Assembly (NCBI GenBank): GCA_028534125.1
Contig: CM052816.1
Location: forward strand, 28,274,001-28,338,000
Reading direction: 5' to 3'
DNA length: 64,000 bases
Source: Lama glama
Lineage: Eukaryota
How positions within the stretch are numbered: the stretch's first letter is position 1; every line of letters starts with the position of its first letter. Of the stretch, positions 15,101-27,604 are shown one piece after another. Below the pieces are notes generated by a model that was not told where the DNA came from, searched no databases, and worked only from the letters and a program-made list of their open reading frames with translations. The position numbers were made by a program, and so were the translations under genes.

Positions 15101-17502
15101 CAATCACCTTAATACCTGCAGAAAAAGCATTTGGCAAAATTCAACTTCTATTTATGATAAAATTTCTGAACAAACTGGGTATAAAGGAAACATACTTGAA
15201 CATAATAAAGGCCATATATATATGACAAGTCCACAGATAACATCATATTCAGTGGTAAAAAGCTAAAAGCTTTTGCTCTCCCCACTCTTACTCAACATAA
15301 TATTGGAAGTCCTAGCCAGAGCAATTAGGCAAGAAGAAGAAACAAAAAACATCAAAACAAAAAGAGAGACATAGAACTGTCACTATTTGCATATGAAATG
15401 GCATTACACACAGAAAACCCTAAAGACTTCTCCCCAAAACTGCTAGAGCTAATGAATGAATTCAGTAGAGTTGCAGACTAGTGAACTGATATAGAACAAA
15501 GTTGTGTTGTTATACATCAGTAATGAACTACTAGAAAGAGAAAAAAATTTTAAATGCCACTTACAATTGTATCAATAAAAATAGATCCCATAGGAATAAA
15601 TTTAACTTCATAGGTGAAAGACCTATACTCAGAAAATAATAAGACATTGATGAAAGAAACTGATGATAACACAAATAAATCGGAAGATAATACCATGATC
15701 ATGGACTGGAAGAATGAACATTGTTAAAATGTCCATACTACCCAAAGAAATCTAAAAATTCCATGCAATCCCTATCAAAATTCCAATGGCATTTTTTCAC
15801 AGACCTGGAACAAAGAATTCTAAAATTTGTAAGGAACCACAACAAACCTCAAATAGCGCAAAGAATCTTGAAAAAGAAGAACAAAGCTGCAGGTATCTCA
15901 TTTATTGATTTCAACTATACTACAAATCTGTAGTAATAAAAACAGTATGGTACTGGCAGGAAAATGGACACACAGAACAATGGAATCAAACAGAGAACAC
16001 AGAAATAAACCCACACATACATAGGAAATTAATTTTTTTAACAAAGGAGGCAAGAAAAAAACATTAGAGCAAGATGATCTCTTTAATAAATGATGTTGGG
16101 AAAACTGGATAGATGCAAAAAAAAAACCTGTTAATAAAACCTTACACCTTATACAAAAACAAACTCAAAATAGATTAAACTTAAATGTTAAGACCTGAAA
16201 CCATAAAATTCCTACAAGAAAACATAGGCAATAATCTCTTTGACATCAATCTTACTGATATTTTTTTGAACTTGTCTCCTCTGGCAAAGGCAATAAAAAC
16301 CAAAAATAAACAAATGAGACTACATCAAACTAAAAAGCTTTTGCATGGCAGAGGAAACCACCAACAAAGTGAAAAGGCAACTTACTGAATGGGAGAAGAT
16401 ATTTGCGTATCATATATCTGATCTGGAATTATTGTCTAAAACATAAAAAAAAATACAACTTTTTAGACAGAGGACCTGAATAAATATTTTTTTAAGAAGA
16501 CATACAGATGGCCAAAAAGTACATAAAGAGATACTTAACATCACTAATCAGGGAAATGCAAATCAAAACCACAATAAGATATTACCCTAGCCCTGTTAGA
16601 ATGGCTTTTATCAAAAAAACAGACAAGTGTTAGGGAGAGTGAGCAGTAAAGGGAACACTTGTGCATTGTTAGTGTAAATACAAATTGGTGCAGCCACTAT
16701 GGAAAACAGTATAAACGTTCCTGAAAAAAATTAAAATAGAACTACTATACTATCCAGCAATTCCACTGCTGGGTATTTACGTGAAAAATACAAAAACACT
16801 AATTAAAAAAGATATATGCCAAATTTCAGATGGTTATACAACAATGCAATCAACCAATGAGCCAAGACAGCCTCTACATGAGCCCCCTAGATGGACACCA
16901 ACCCTCCACTCACCAGTTGCCTGGTTATAGTCAGCTAGTCTTAGGACACCAATGAGCCGTCTCATTGCCCTGGACCAGTAAAAAGTAACTAGAGCAGTCA
17001 TTACCCTTTATGTCCCAAAAATTTGGGGTCCTATGACTAGAGGAGGGGAAATGTTAGGTAGATAAGTGGGGCACTCGGCAGGTAAGGTGAAGGAGAGCGA
17101 TGATGGTCCAAAAGATGGTGGTGTGTCCGCCTTCAGCATCAAGGGGCTTTAATTCCTCTAAATGAATGCCAGCAAGAAACCAGTTAGAACCTGACAGCCA
17201 CAACTGTGAGGTAGCAACAGGGACCTAACGGGACATGACCCAATGCTCATTGTAATATAATTAGCATTGTGGTTTAGGCACCCCCATGGGTTTTTCTGTA
17301 TGCATCATGGGTAAGGACATGCGCAAAAGGGGACAAGCATGACTAAGCACTCCAGGGGCAAGAGCCATCAATCAAGAGACTACCTCTAAGCGAAGTTATA
17401 AGCCAGGGGACCAAACAAAGAGTGGTGCTGCTATCCACCCACCTCCCATACTGGGAGGTGTACTTTCCCTTTGCTAAATAAAACCTTTAAAATCTTTTCT
17501 AA

Positions 17503-17535
<33 letters not shown>

Positions 17536-17940
17536 TCCATATGTGTACCCCTAGTTGACTGCAGCATTATTTACAGTAGCCAAGATTTACAATCTAAATG
17601 ATCTTTGATAGATGAATGGATAAAGATTTGGTATATATACAACGGAATATTACTCAGCCATAAAAAATGAAATCTTTTATGGATGATTTCAACATAAACA
17701 TAGATGGATCTAGAGGGTATTCTCCTAAGTCAGTCAGACAGAGAAAGAGAAATTCCATATGATCTCACTTGTATGTGGAATCTAAAAAACAAGACAAACA
17801 AAAACAGACTCATAAGTATAGAGAACAAACAGGTGGCTGCCAGATGGGAGCGGGAAGGAGGAGGGGAAAATAGATGAAAGGGATTAACAGGTACTAAATT
17901 TCAGCTATAAAATAAAATAATGGGAATATAATGTGTACCA
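12120..17940 (+). mobile_element. Near-full-length decayed L1 (5' region, partial ORF1, ORF2, 3'UTR), interrupted by an ERV1 fragment at ~16820-17500
   Basis: ORF1-like N-terminus from 12440 (..LEKDLNDTEISNLPNKEFKVKVINMLTEL). ORF2 start at 13440 (MAASTYLLIITLNV). RT-region remnants include [13 protein letters not shown]. The 3'UTR resumes after ~17545. Many stops and frameshifts. Confidence 0.92.
16820..17500 (+). mobile_element. ERV1-class 3' fragment: env tail, polypurine tract and U3-R of the LTR, with no U5
   Basis: 16821-16955 reads KFQMVIQQCNQPMSQDSLYMSPLDG..., resembling a class I env cytoplasmic tail. PPT AGAGGAGGGGAAA at 17039-17051, LTR start TGTTAGG at 17052, AATAAA at 17477-17482, then an A/T tail. 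Confidence 0.8.
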
Positions 17941-17949
17941 ATGTAAGTA

Positions 17950-19150
17950 GGATGGCAAGAAAATCTTTCGGCAGTTTCTTTATAAAGGTAATGCGCTATG
18001 CTTCAGAGAGTATAAAGGCCATTTGTGATTTTCAGCCTCTTTAAACTGAAGGGACAATTTCTACCGTTGTCTTTAAGTTTCCAAACCTGCTGTCTTCAAA
18101 ATACTGCTGGACTGCTTTACTAAGGAGTCTCAACCATTTGCATAAATAAAGTGTATAAGGTTCCCATTCTCTTCTTGCAATCTTGCTTTTGGATCCTACT
18201 GAAATACACTCCCTCCCTATCTTTCTATGGAATCCTAATTGAGCTCACCTCTTTCTAGTGAAGTTAAAAAAAAATTAGTGTAATCTGTTTAAAACTTCAA
18301 GTCTCATATCCAAGGAGAAGCCCAACAACATTCATCATGTTCCCTTTCATAGATGCTTACTTTTCTACTAGTTTGAAAACAGGAAGGATTACCAAGGGCA
18401 AATGTCTCTTTACTTGGTTGCAGACCACTACTTTTGGAAGGCTACTGCTTCTTAGGCAATACCCTCTGTGCAGCCAGCGTTCAAACACTTACTCTTTATA
18501 GGATGCATGGCTGGCTTCTCGGGAATGCCCTTTGGGATCTGGGACCCACAAAATTCCCTGCTGTAGGTTAAATGGACCTAGTTCAAACTCTTCCTTTCAT
18601 AGCTGTTGACATACAGTCCTCTCTGATGGAGCTATCTGTCCAGTGAGCAGCCCATCTGGGTTGGATACTTATAATATGACTCATCCAAGCTATGTTTTAT
18701 GATCTCTGCTGTCTTGGGAAACCTCTCATATGCTGGACTGAAACATCAGCAGTAGAGCTTGCACCACAGCCACCTCCTGTGCCATCTCTCTCCATTCTCT
18801 TTCCTTGGAGCTGGTCCAGATCAAAGCAGATTGTCAAAGATAAATTGCATCCTAAATTCCCCTTCTTTCAGATGTTCCTCAAGTGTTTTTACCTAGTTGT
18901 CCTAATGTTTTATTGTCTCATTTGGCTTCAAGGAAGGGAAAGAACCACCTGCCTTTCTCCTCAGTAGAAGAAAATCACTCAGCAATAATCCTAACACAAG
19001 ACTCAAGAATCTTCCCCCAGGTTCTTTTCCATGCAAGTCAAGTCCCCTTCCCCTATACACTGATAGAACTGGTGGGGTAGTGCTTACCTCCAGGAGTGTC
19101 TTTCTACTGCTTCTTAAGAAATTACATAGTTGTCTTTAAACCCAGTTTCT
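17950..19150 (-). mobile_element. Probable ancient Gypsy-type internal remnant with PNMA-like gag
   Basis: Minus frame 18488->18243 reads VFERWLHRGYCLRSSSLPKVVVCNQVKRHL...ASMK..MMNVVGLLLG...SFKQI..FF*LH*KE, following the PNMA/Gypsy capsid pattern. Outer boundaries are uncertain. Confidence 0.45.
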
Positions 19151-20148
19151 GTCTGCTATGACCCTATTAGAGTGAAGGAAGACTTATTTTCAGATGTAGG
19201 TCCTAGTAGTAAATTTTAGGCATGTGGAAGAGCCCCTAAAAGCCCTTTATTTTTGTCTTAGAAAGAAGATCATTTCTGCCCTCACACGTGGCCACATCCC
19301 TTAATTAACCTCACCAATGATCAGAGTAGTTCTGTCTCTCCTCATCGTAGTGGCAGAGAAGTATAGAACAATTCTGAATCTGATTTTAAATTAAAATATG
19401 CATCTATGAATGCAATGCATACACTCTTTTGTTCCAGTTAATTAAAATTCCATTAACTGTATTTCTAGATTATTAAAAATCTCTGCTTTATGCCCCTGGG
19501 AGAAATAGCCACAAGGATCTCTGTGACACAGAACACCAAGCTTTGGCCTAGAGATCACAGTCAATGTTGGCATTAAGCTGTGTCTGTGAAGTGGTCATTC
19601 TGTTGTTTTATTTTTTAAATCTGCAGATGACAAACATCTGTTTGAAACTGGTTAGACTAGTCCCTCTTTCCTGTTAAAATACAGGGAAGAATGTGGTTTT
19701 AGGTGCCATTATTTGTCTCAGATGGCTCAAAAAGGAAAATTCAATGCCCATTTTGTAGCAATTTATAATAAAAGCAATCAATCTTAGGAACAAATCAAAA
19801 TGATTCTTAGGAAAATATTGATTGTTAATTTTTGTCTTCAATCAGTGGAATAAAAGCCAAAAACATAGAAAGCATTTTCATTTTTTAAAGTAATACTAAA
19901 TTATGTTGTATTAGAAAAAGAACAAAAGTATAGGCATTACAAAGATGAGGTATCTCCGGAGCAAACTGCCTGTAATTACACTGGTGGAAAGAGGGGACTA
20001 AGGAGAGCCTCCACAGTGTACATGCACTGCTCTCTCTCTGGGGAGCCAAACCACCTCTCTCCTCATCCTCCCTGCTAACTGACATGCATACTTTTTTAGC
20101 TGTATATTTCATTAGGATGTCATAGTTAAGGACTTCATTTATGGCACA

Positions 20149-21111
20149 TATTAGGTAGGCAGATAAGTGGGGACACCAGGCATAGGTGGAGGAGAGGGAG
20201 GGTGATATGGAAGATGGTGGTATGCCCACCTTCAGCATAAAGGGGCTTTACTTCCTCTAAATGAGAGCCAGCAAGAAACCAGTTAGAATCCGACAGCCAC
20301 AACTCTGTGGTAGTAGAAAGGGCTTGACTGGACACGACTCAGTGTTCATTGCATTGCAATTAACATTGCAATTTAGGCCCTGCTATGAGTTTTTCTTTAT
20401 ACACCATGGGTAAGGACATGTGCCAAGGGGCCAAACATGACTAAGCATTCCAGGGACAAGAGCCCTCAAACAATCAAGATAACACCTGAAGACTATCATT
20501 CTAAGTGAAATAAGCCAGAAGGACAAAGAAAAATACCACATGATATCACTCATATGTGGAATCCAAAAAAAAAAAAAAAGACAAATGACCTTATTTACAA
20601 AACAAAAACAGACTCACAGACATAGAAAACAACCTTACTGTAACCAGAGGGGGAAGGGAGTAGGAAAGGATAAATTGGGAGATCGAGATTTGCTGATACT
20701 ACTAATATATATAAAAATAGATAAGTTTATACTATATAGCACTATTTTCAATATCTTATAGTAACTTATGGTGAAAAAGAAGAATATGAAAAGGAATATA
20801 TGTATGTTCATGTATGACTGAACTATTGTGCTGTATACCAGAAACTGACCCACCAGAAAACTGACCCATACGTCAATTAAAAAAAAAATATATATATATA
20901 TACATATATATATATGAAAAAAGAGAAAGGGGAGACAAAAACCACCACTTTTCCTCCCTTGAATCAGCTTGCCTCCTGTTCTTGGAGGTGGTGTACTTTT
21001 CCTGTTTTAAGTAAATCTTTTAAAATCTTTCCCTACACAACGAACCATCTCCCAACTGTAAACATCTTTCGGGTATGACAAAAACTGGGGTCTTTACCTT
21101 CTGGGGTAACA
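20149..21111 (+). mobile_element. ERV1 solo LTR of the same family as 17052-17500, interrupted by an L1 3' end
   Basis: Colinear with the 17052 LTR (shared 'gccagcaagaaaccagttagaa', 'catgggtaaggacatg', 'catgactaagca'). Continues past the AGTAAA poly(A) signal (21010-21015) into U5 and ends ...GGTAACA. Degenerate 5-bp flanks GCACA/ATACA. Confidence 0.85.
20483..20920 (+). mobile_element. 5'-truncated lineage L1 3' end inserted in the solo LTR
   Basis: 'attctaagtgaaataagccag...atgatatcactcatatgtggaatc...gtatgttcatgtatgactg' followed by an A/(TA)n tail. Homologous to 53900-54290. Confidence 0.9.
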
Positions 21112-24100
21112 ATACAACTACTGACTCACATAATGGTGTACAGACAGGTTCTGGGTGTCCTAGAGAATGCTTAGAACTGGAAGAAGACGAAGCATCCTAC
21201 AAACCCTCCATCTACATACGCAGCCATGTAAACAGAGGAGCACACACATTTAGCAGCACACCTGTGGGTGGGAGTGAGTCCTGTCCCTTCCATACTCTTT
21301 GTCAACTCTGAGGCAGCTTTTCATCCCAAATCTGAAATGTCTGCCCCAATCCTATGGTTATGACAGGGTCCATGCACAGCCATCTAGGGAAAAGGAAGGC
21401 TTTTTAGAAGCTTTGCCTGATCCTTAAAGGTACAATGCATATGCACTAACCATGGATTTAAAAAAGTTTTCCTATGTGAGACAAACTCACATAAATATAA
21501 CATTTTACCAAGTAGACGCAAGAGTTCATGCTCCCTCAACATCATAAGTGAACTCTAGTGTGTGGTTGTTAAGATTTTGCAGGAGCATATCAACTTTTTT
21601 TTTTTCTTTTTAAAGACGGTAATTTCCTTAACTGCCAAAGAGGCAACGTACAGAGGCTTAGCAAAGTCTTTGCTTAAGGAAACCTGAGTTGGTAGAATGT
21701 AAAAAAGGAAACTGTCCTCAGATTCCTTCAAGGAACAGGATTTTTATATTCCTGCAGTCTCTGGATTAGTCCTTAATCCCCAGTATTGCCCATAAATACT
21801 TCAATGGATGCTTTCATAATGTTTAGCAAGAATCAGTAATGCCTCATCTAAGTTAATCGTATGAACTTAAGTAATTTACATATTCACCTAAAACAATCAA
21901 GTTAATTGAGTGTATAGCCATAACTCGAAAGACGCAAAACATAAAATCACTAACAAGGCTCCTTCTATGAAGTTTTTTGCGGTTGTCTTGCTCCTTTACC
22001 ATCCTGCTTCCAACTAGAGAAAAGACAATGACCTGTGTTGTCCTACCATAATACTTCACATATGAAAACTGTAGAACTGATCACATTATAACAAGATTGG
22101 TTACGTATGTGTATGTCTTATTATAGTTTTGAGTTTTCTAAAGGCTAACACTGTACATATTTAACAGTTATTTTATCTGTGCCTGACATAGCTGGCACTT
22201 ATTTTTGGACAAACAATAAAATCCATTATATATACTTTCAATGTAGGATTTTCTCATTTTAATTTTTATGTAAGGTTTTATTAGATGATGAATTATTGCA
22301 TTTTACATATCTTTCAATTAATATTTATTAAGCCGCCTACTGTGCTCAAAATATTAAGAAGGGTAAAAAGGAATAGGCACCTGTTTGAAGACAACCCCAT
22401 TGTTGATGGATGGGAGGCTATTAAATATCATAATAAATTCAGTATAATTCAATTTGAGACACAAGGATGCAACTCTCAACTACTTGGTAGGATTTTTCAA
22501 TTGCACACCACAGACTCCGACAGACAATTCCAGCAATCTCCTCTTTTACAGCTTTCCACGAATCACTGCTGTGAGGGTGACACTGGTACCAACTGGCGTG
22601 TGCCCTCTCTCAGTGAATTAGAATCAAAACACATCAGAGGAGAAAAAACATGAGAATCACAACGTATTATTTTCATCTGCAAAAATATTTATTAGCTATT
22701 TTATAGGTATATTCTAAGAATGAATGTCACCCAAAACAGGTTTTAAATCTACTGTGATTATCAGAGCATTTTTATTTAATAAAACTATTTCTATATATCA
22801 TATCTTAATTTCTAAATCAGTTTTAAAAATTTTGACAGGGATAATAGCAACTTGTTATGAAGTGGATCGTATTACTCTTACTCAGTCTACTGTAATCATT
22901 TCAAGATCAAATGACCTTAAGGCTGCTGCCTAAATGATTTCTATTCTTTTTTTTTAGCTATCTAAAGAAAAGCAATTACATTAATTACATGGCAACCTAA
23001 AAACTTAGTAATCTGTGATTCCTATAGCTAGAATACCAAAATGCCAAATAATCTATTTAGTGAGGTGGCTGAAATGGTTTCATACTCTGAAATGTTTTAT
23101 TTATATAAAATTTCTGTTTCATTTGTTGTGGTCAATAACCTGAAAATTGTTTCTGAATGATTGAGTAATTTCATAATCTTAAATATAATATTTTATCAAG
23201 TGCAAAAATGCACTCCAGGAGCAAGTGACTCATAAATTATCTGTTTTATAGACAAAATTAAATAAAAGCCAATACTCTGGAAAATAAAGCTAAAATGTTA
23301 TTACTACAAAAATATAGCTGTCATACTATTAAAAATATTTATAGCTTCAGAATTTACCTACCAAAAGTGTGATTATTGATCGAATTTATTTTTCAGTATT
23401 TGCTCCCCAGAATAGACATAGGTCAAAAGACTCCCTGGATTTAAAAAGTAAAAGCAATTCTTCCACAGAAACAGCAACTCAAAAGAAAAGTGAAAGGTAC
23501 AAAGATGGCTTTATAAGAACTCTTTTGGCATTTAGTAAGAACATATCTTGGATATTTACATAACTCTACAACAAAGAGTAGCTGAGTCACTGACTTTTAG
23601 TGTGAGTTGCTTGACAGTAAAAAACATCACGTCATTATTTGCTATAACCCAAATCAAGAATCTGCCACATATATTCAGATCATTCATCTCTATTCTACAT
23701 GTGAAAAGAAGAGGAAAAAATGATTTCCATGGCTGAAAAGTGTTTAAGCATATTTGATTACTTAAACCTTATGACAGTCAAACTTTCTAGAGTTACTCAG
23801 TGCTATACGGAAATATGGACACAGAGCAACCTTCTGGGTATTCGGTAAAGGCAGAAGCTATGGGTCCTGATTTCAGTAGTGTGAATCAGTATGGCAACTA
23901 TGATAGAAGCTAACTTTATTTTACTTTCCATGTAGACATTAAGCAGCTCGTGACGACATCGTAACTCAGTATGCATAACAGTCTATTACATAGCTGGGAC
24001 TGCCAGATTTTCATTTCCTACTGTCTAGACAGCCAGTCTAAACACTGTATTCTGATGCCTCCATGAGGTTTAACTCTCCAAAGACTTCTTAAAGCTCCTG

Positions 24101-25609
24101 GTAGTAACTATGCTAGACACTCCCATTTTATTGCTTTTCTATGGTACAGTTTGTGTCCAGGAAAACAAAATACAGGAATCTTCAGGAGAAAAAAAAAAAA
24201 ACAGAAAGAAAAGAAAAAAAAATAGGTTCACTCTTTAACTTTTAAAATCAGTAATATCTTATCAATCAATCACCCACTCTCAGTCCTCAACCCTGATAGC
24301 TTTTAAACTGTATTCAGCAGTCAAGCTGAGCAGTTTTTACGAGAAAATATTGCCTTTTCATCAAATACACAGTGTGTAAAATGTTTCCTGAGAGAGAAAC
24401 CCCTGGAATTAAAATCAATGTTCTCTGTAAGTTATTATAATATTCAGTATGTTCAGTATAATATTCAGTAAAAATAATATCTTGTAAAGAGAATAAAATA
24501 ACCTTGCCTTCAGTTTTAACTCTCTAGAGAACAGTCAATTATAATCAGTTTAAAATCCAAACTAGAAGAAATGGATTAAATCTGAGGTTAACCAAAGGAT
24601 GACCAAAGACAGCCAAGTTCATACAAGTCTCCCAAGGAAGTGCTTCAAGTAAGAATGTAACAGTAATCAGGTGCAGAAACCAACCCTGGATGAATAAGTC
24701 AGATAAAAACAACAGGTCAGAAGGAATCAGGAAAAAATCCAGGCAATAGACACTGTCAAAAAACATACAGAAGAGAACAAGAAGATACTGAAATATGTGA
24801 CTAATAGTTTGGCATCAGGAAAGCTTCTAAAACTGCATTAGAGTAGATTATATGGAAATTATTAGGATGTGTTGGTCTTCTTACAAAAGTATGCTATTTT
24901 TACACACAGCGATTTTTTTTTCCTAAATCCTTACTGTAATTCAGAGTTCCTGAAACAACAGTATGTTTAGGAAAAAAAGTTTAGAGAAGATATTGAATGA
25001 CAGGAGGCATGAATGGCAGATATTAGCACCAAAATTATGCTTGATGATACCTGACTCAGTTTACTTGTTAAAGTCTAGCGCTTACAAGTAAACCTCAGCC
25101 TGCACCCTGAAAAGAGAAGTAGGTATACAGTAGTCTGTAGCAAAAATGAAAGAGAAAAATCATTCACTCATAGCACACAGATCCTGACATAGGTTTTCCC
25201 GAGTAAAATTAGAAGAACAAAGAACGTGTTGCTGGCTTTATGGTGTAGAGAGTAATCCAACTCTTTGTAATACTGCACAGGCTAATCCACTACACACCCT
25301 GCCTACCAGAAGCTGCAGCAGTCGGTCATTATTTGCGGGATTTCATACTGCATTCTCTCTTTCCCTCTCAAAAACAAGCATGATATTATGCATTTCAAGA
25401 TACTAAAATATTTTAATATTATAATAAAGATGAGCTTGGCTTTAAGAATTCAGCATCATCTACTGTCCCAAGACCCAGAGAACCAAACTTTCAAACCTTA
25501 AAATTTCTTCTGTCAGAGAATTAGTGATGAAAATTACTGCACTGTTTACAAAAAGCAGTTATTATGAAAGCACTTCAATAATCACTTTCAACAAAAGTAA
25601 CCAGTCCCT

Positions 25610-26505
25610 GTGTTACTTTAAACCGACTTCATGGTAGTATAACTTACATGAATACAATGCATCAATTTTAAAAATACAGTTGAATGGATTTGGCCAAAGT
25701 ATGCATCCATGTAATCACATCAACAATCAAGAAATATTGTCTAGTTTTCAGTGAGTATGTCTTCACTGTACATATTTTGTTAAACTCATCCCAAAGTATT
25801 TTATATTTGGGGATGCGACTATAAATGGAATTGTTTTTTGAAACAAGTATTACTAGGTACCTATTTATCTGAAATGTCACATCTTGATAAAATTCACCCT
25901 TTTATCATTATGAAAAATCTCAATCTCTGTTACTATCCCTTGCCATGAAATCTACTTTGTCTAATACTAATATAGCAATCCCAACTTACTATTACATGGT
26001 TTATGTTTCTCCATCCTTTTATTTTAACTCTATGTGTGGTTTTTATGTTTAAATATATTTTTGTTGAAAGTATATAATTACGTCAAGACTTCTATCAACT
26101 GTTTTGTTTTGAAGCCTTTTAATTGGATTTTGCACTATTTACATTTACAGTATTTCTTAATATGGCTAGTTTAAATCTACCGTCTTGCTGTTTTCTGTAT
26201 TTCATAATGTTCTTTGTTCCCTTTTCCCTTCTTTTCTGTCTTTTTTGCATTACTTCTGTATTATTTAGCATTGTACTGAATGTCTGCTTTTGGCTCATTA
26301 GCTAAACTTCTTCCTTTAATATTTCTAACAGTTCCTCTAGTTACAATAGGCATTTTTCACTTATCATGGCTGGAGATGAAGAATAGATTTATTATCTTGA
26401 CTGTAGTGATGTTTTCACCAGATATACATGTCAAAAGTTATCATACTATATACTTTAAAATGTTTCATTTATTTCATGTCAATTACCTCACTAAATATAT
26501 CTGAA
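25610..26505 (-). mobile_element. Old L1 fragments, mostly antisense, with a short sense 3' end at ~26360-26505
   Basis: Reverse L1 motifs 'cccttttatcattatgaaa', 'tctactttgtctaatactaatatagcaatcccaactt'. Sense 3' end 'ttatcttgactgtagtgatg...caattacctcactaaa'. Confidence 0.65.
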
Positions 26506-27604
26506 AAAAGAAAAGAAAGAACATTAGGGTAATCAGCACTAGTAGTTTAATAGGGTTATAAGTCCTTTGCTTCATAAAAAGTGTTGTACTAGACAAAATC
26601 CTGTCTAGCATAATAATGTGTGAGTTTCTTTTCTGTCTGGGAAACTAAAACATATTTTTAAGATCCGAGATAAATCTCTGAAACATTACCAGTAAATTTT
26701 GAGGCACTCGTGTCTCTAGCTATCATAACCACAGAGGAAATATGAATAAAATGACCAAAATTTCACAATCTAAAGAAACAAAAAAATTAAACATTCACTT
26801 GTGACTAGTCCATTCCCAAACGTGCTCTCTTATCTACATTAGATTCATCTGTTCCATTTTGTCTCTTATCTTGCCTCAATTAAGTTTTAGAACATGCATT
26901 GGCAATTTCGTGCCCCCTGTTTTTCTTTAGTTTTCTTTTTTATAGTAAGGTTTTAAAAATGTGAAAAGAATCCTTAACTCCAGGGCTAAACAGAAACAAG
27001 CTGCAGGCTATAGTTTGCAAATTCCTGCTTTAGAATAAATTGTTGTTTTCACATTATTTAGGACCTCATTAATTGCTATGGACCATAAGCACTCCAAAGG
27101 CAAACATACAATAATTGGGTATGGTAGTATACATTCAGCGTGTCTCCTTATTACATTTTACCCAAATACTTCTGAGGAAAATATTCAAAACCTTCTGCAT
27201 CTATTCAGTTGGCACAGAGTGAGAACTGACATGCTGACATTTTAGAGGCTTACTACTTAGAAGCCAAGTCTAGAATTCGTGTAAGTTAATGGAAAACTTC
27301 AAAAACCTTGAACTAAGCTGAGAAAGGCAATCATTTTGTATATGCATGCAAAATGCACACATATTTTAAATAAAACAGAAACATTTGATTTGCATAGTTT
27401 TCTCATAAGTTAAAATCCATTATTTCCAAATAAACATCAATATAAATGTTGCATAATAAATCCTCATTTTTTAGAAATTAATAATTTTTTTAAATTTGCA
27501 TTAAAGGTATATTTGGAAAGGCTAAGAAAAATATATAGAACATTTATTCCTACAGTGCACAAATATTTTTAAACCTGTCTCATTTTACCTGGGTGAAAAA
27601 GTTA

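Noticed and set aside
17052..21111. Two related LTRs as the 5' and 3' LTRs of one provirus
   Set aside because: The upstream copy is preceded by env and a PPT, so it is a 3' LTR. The intervening DNA is L1 and unrelated sequence with no PBS or ERV1 gag/pol, and the copies are clearly diverged.
24021..24032. Palindrome CTGTCTAGACAG containing the SMAD element GTCTAGAC
   Set aside because: One 8-mer hit is expected by chance in 64 kb and there is no independent support.
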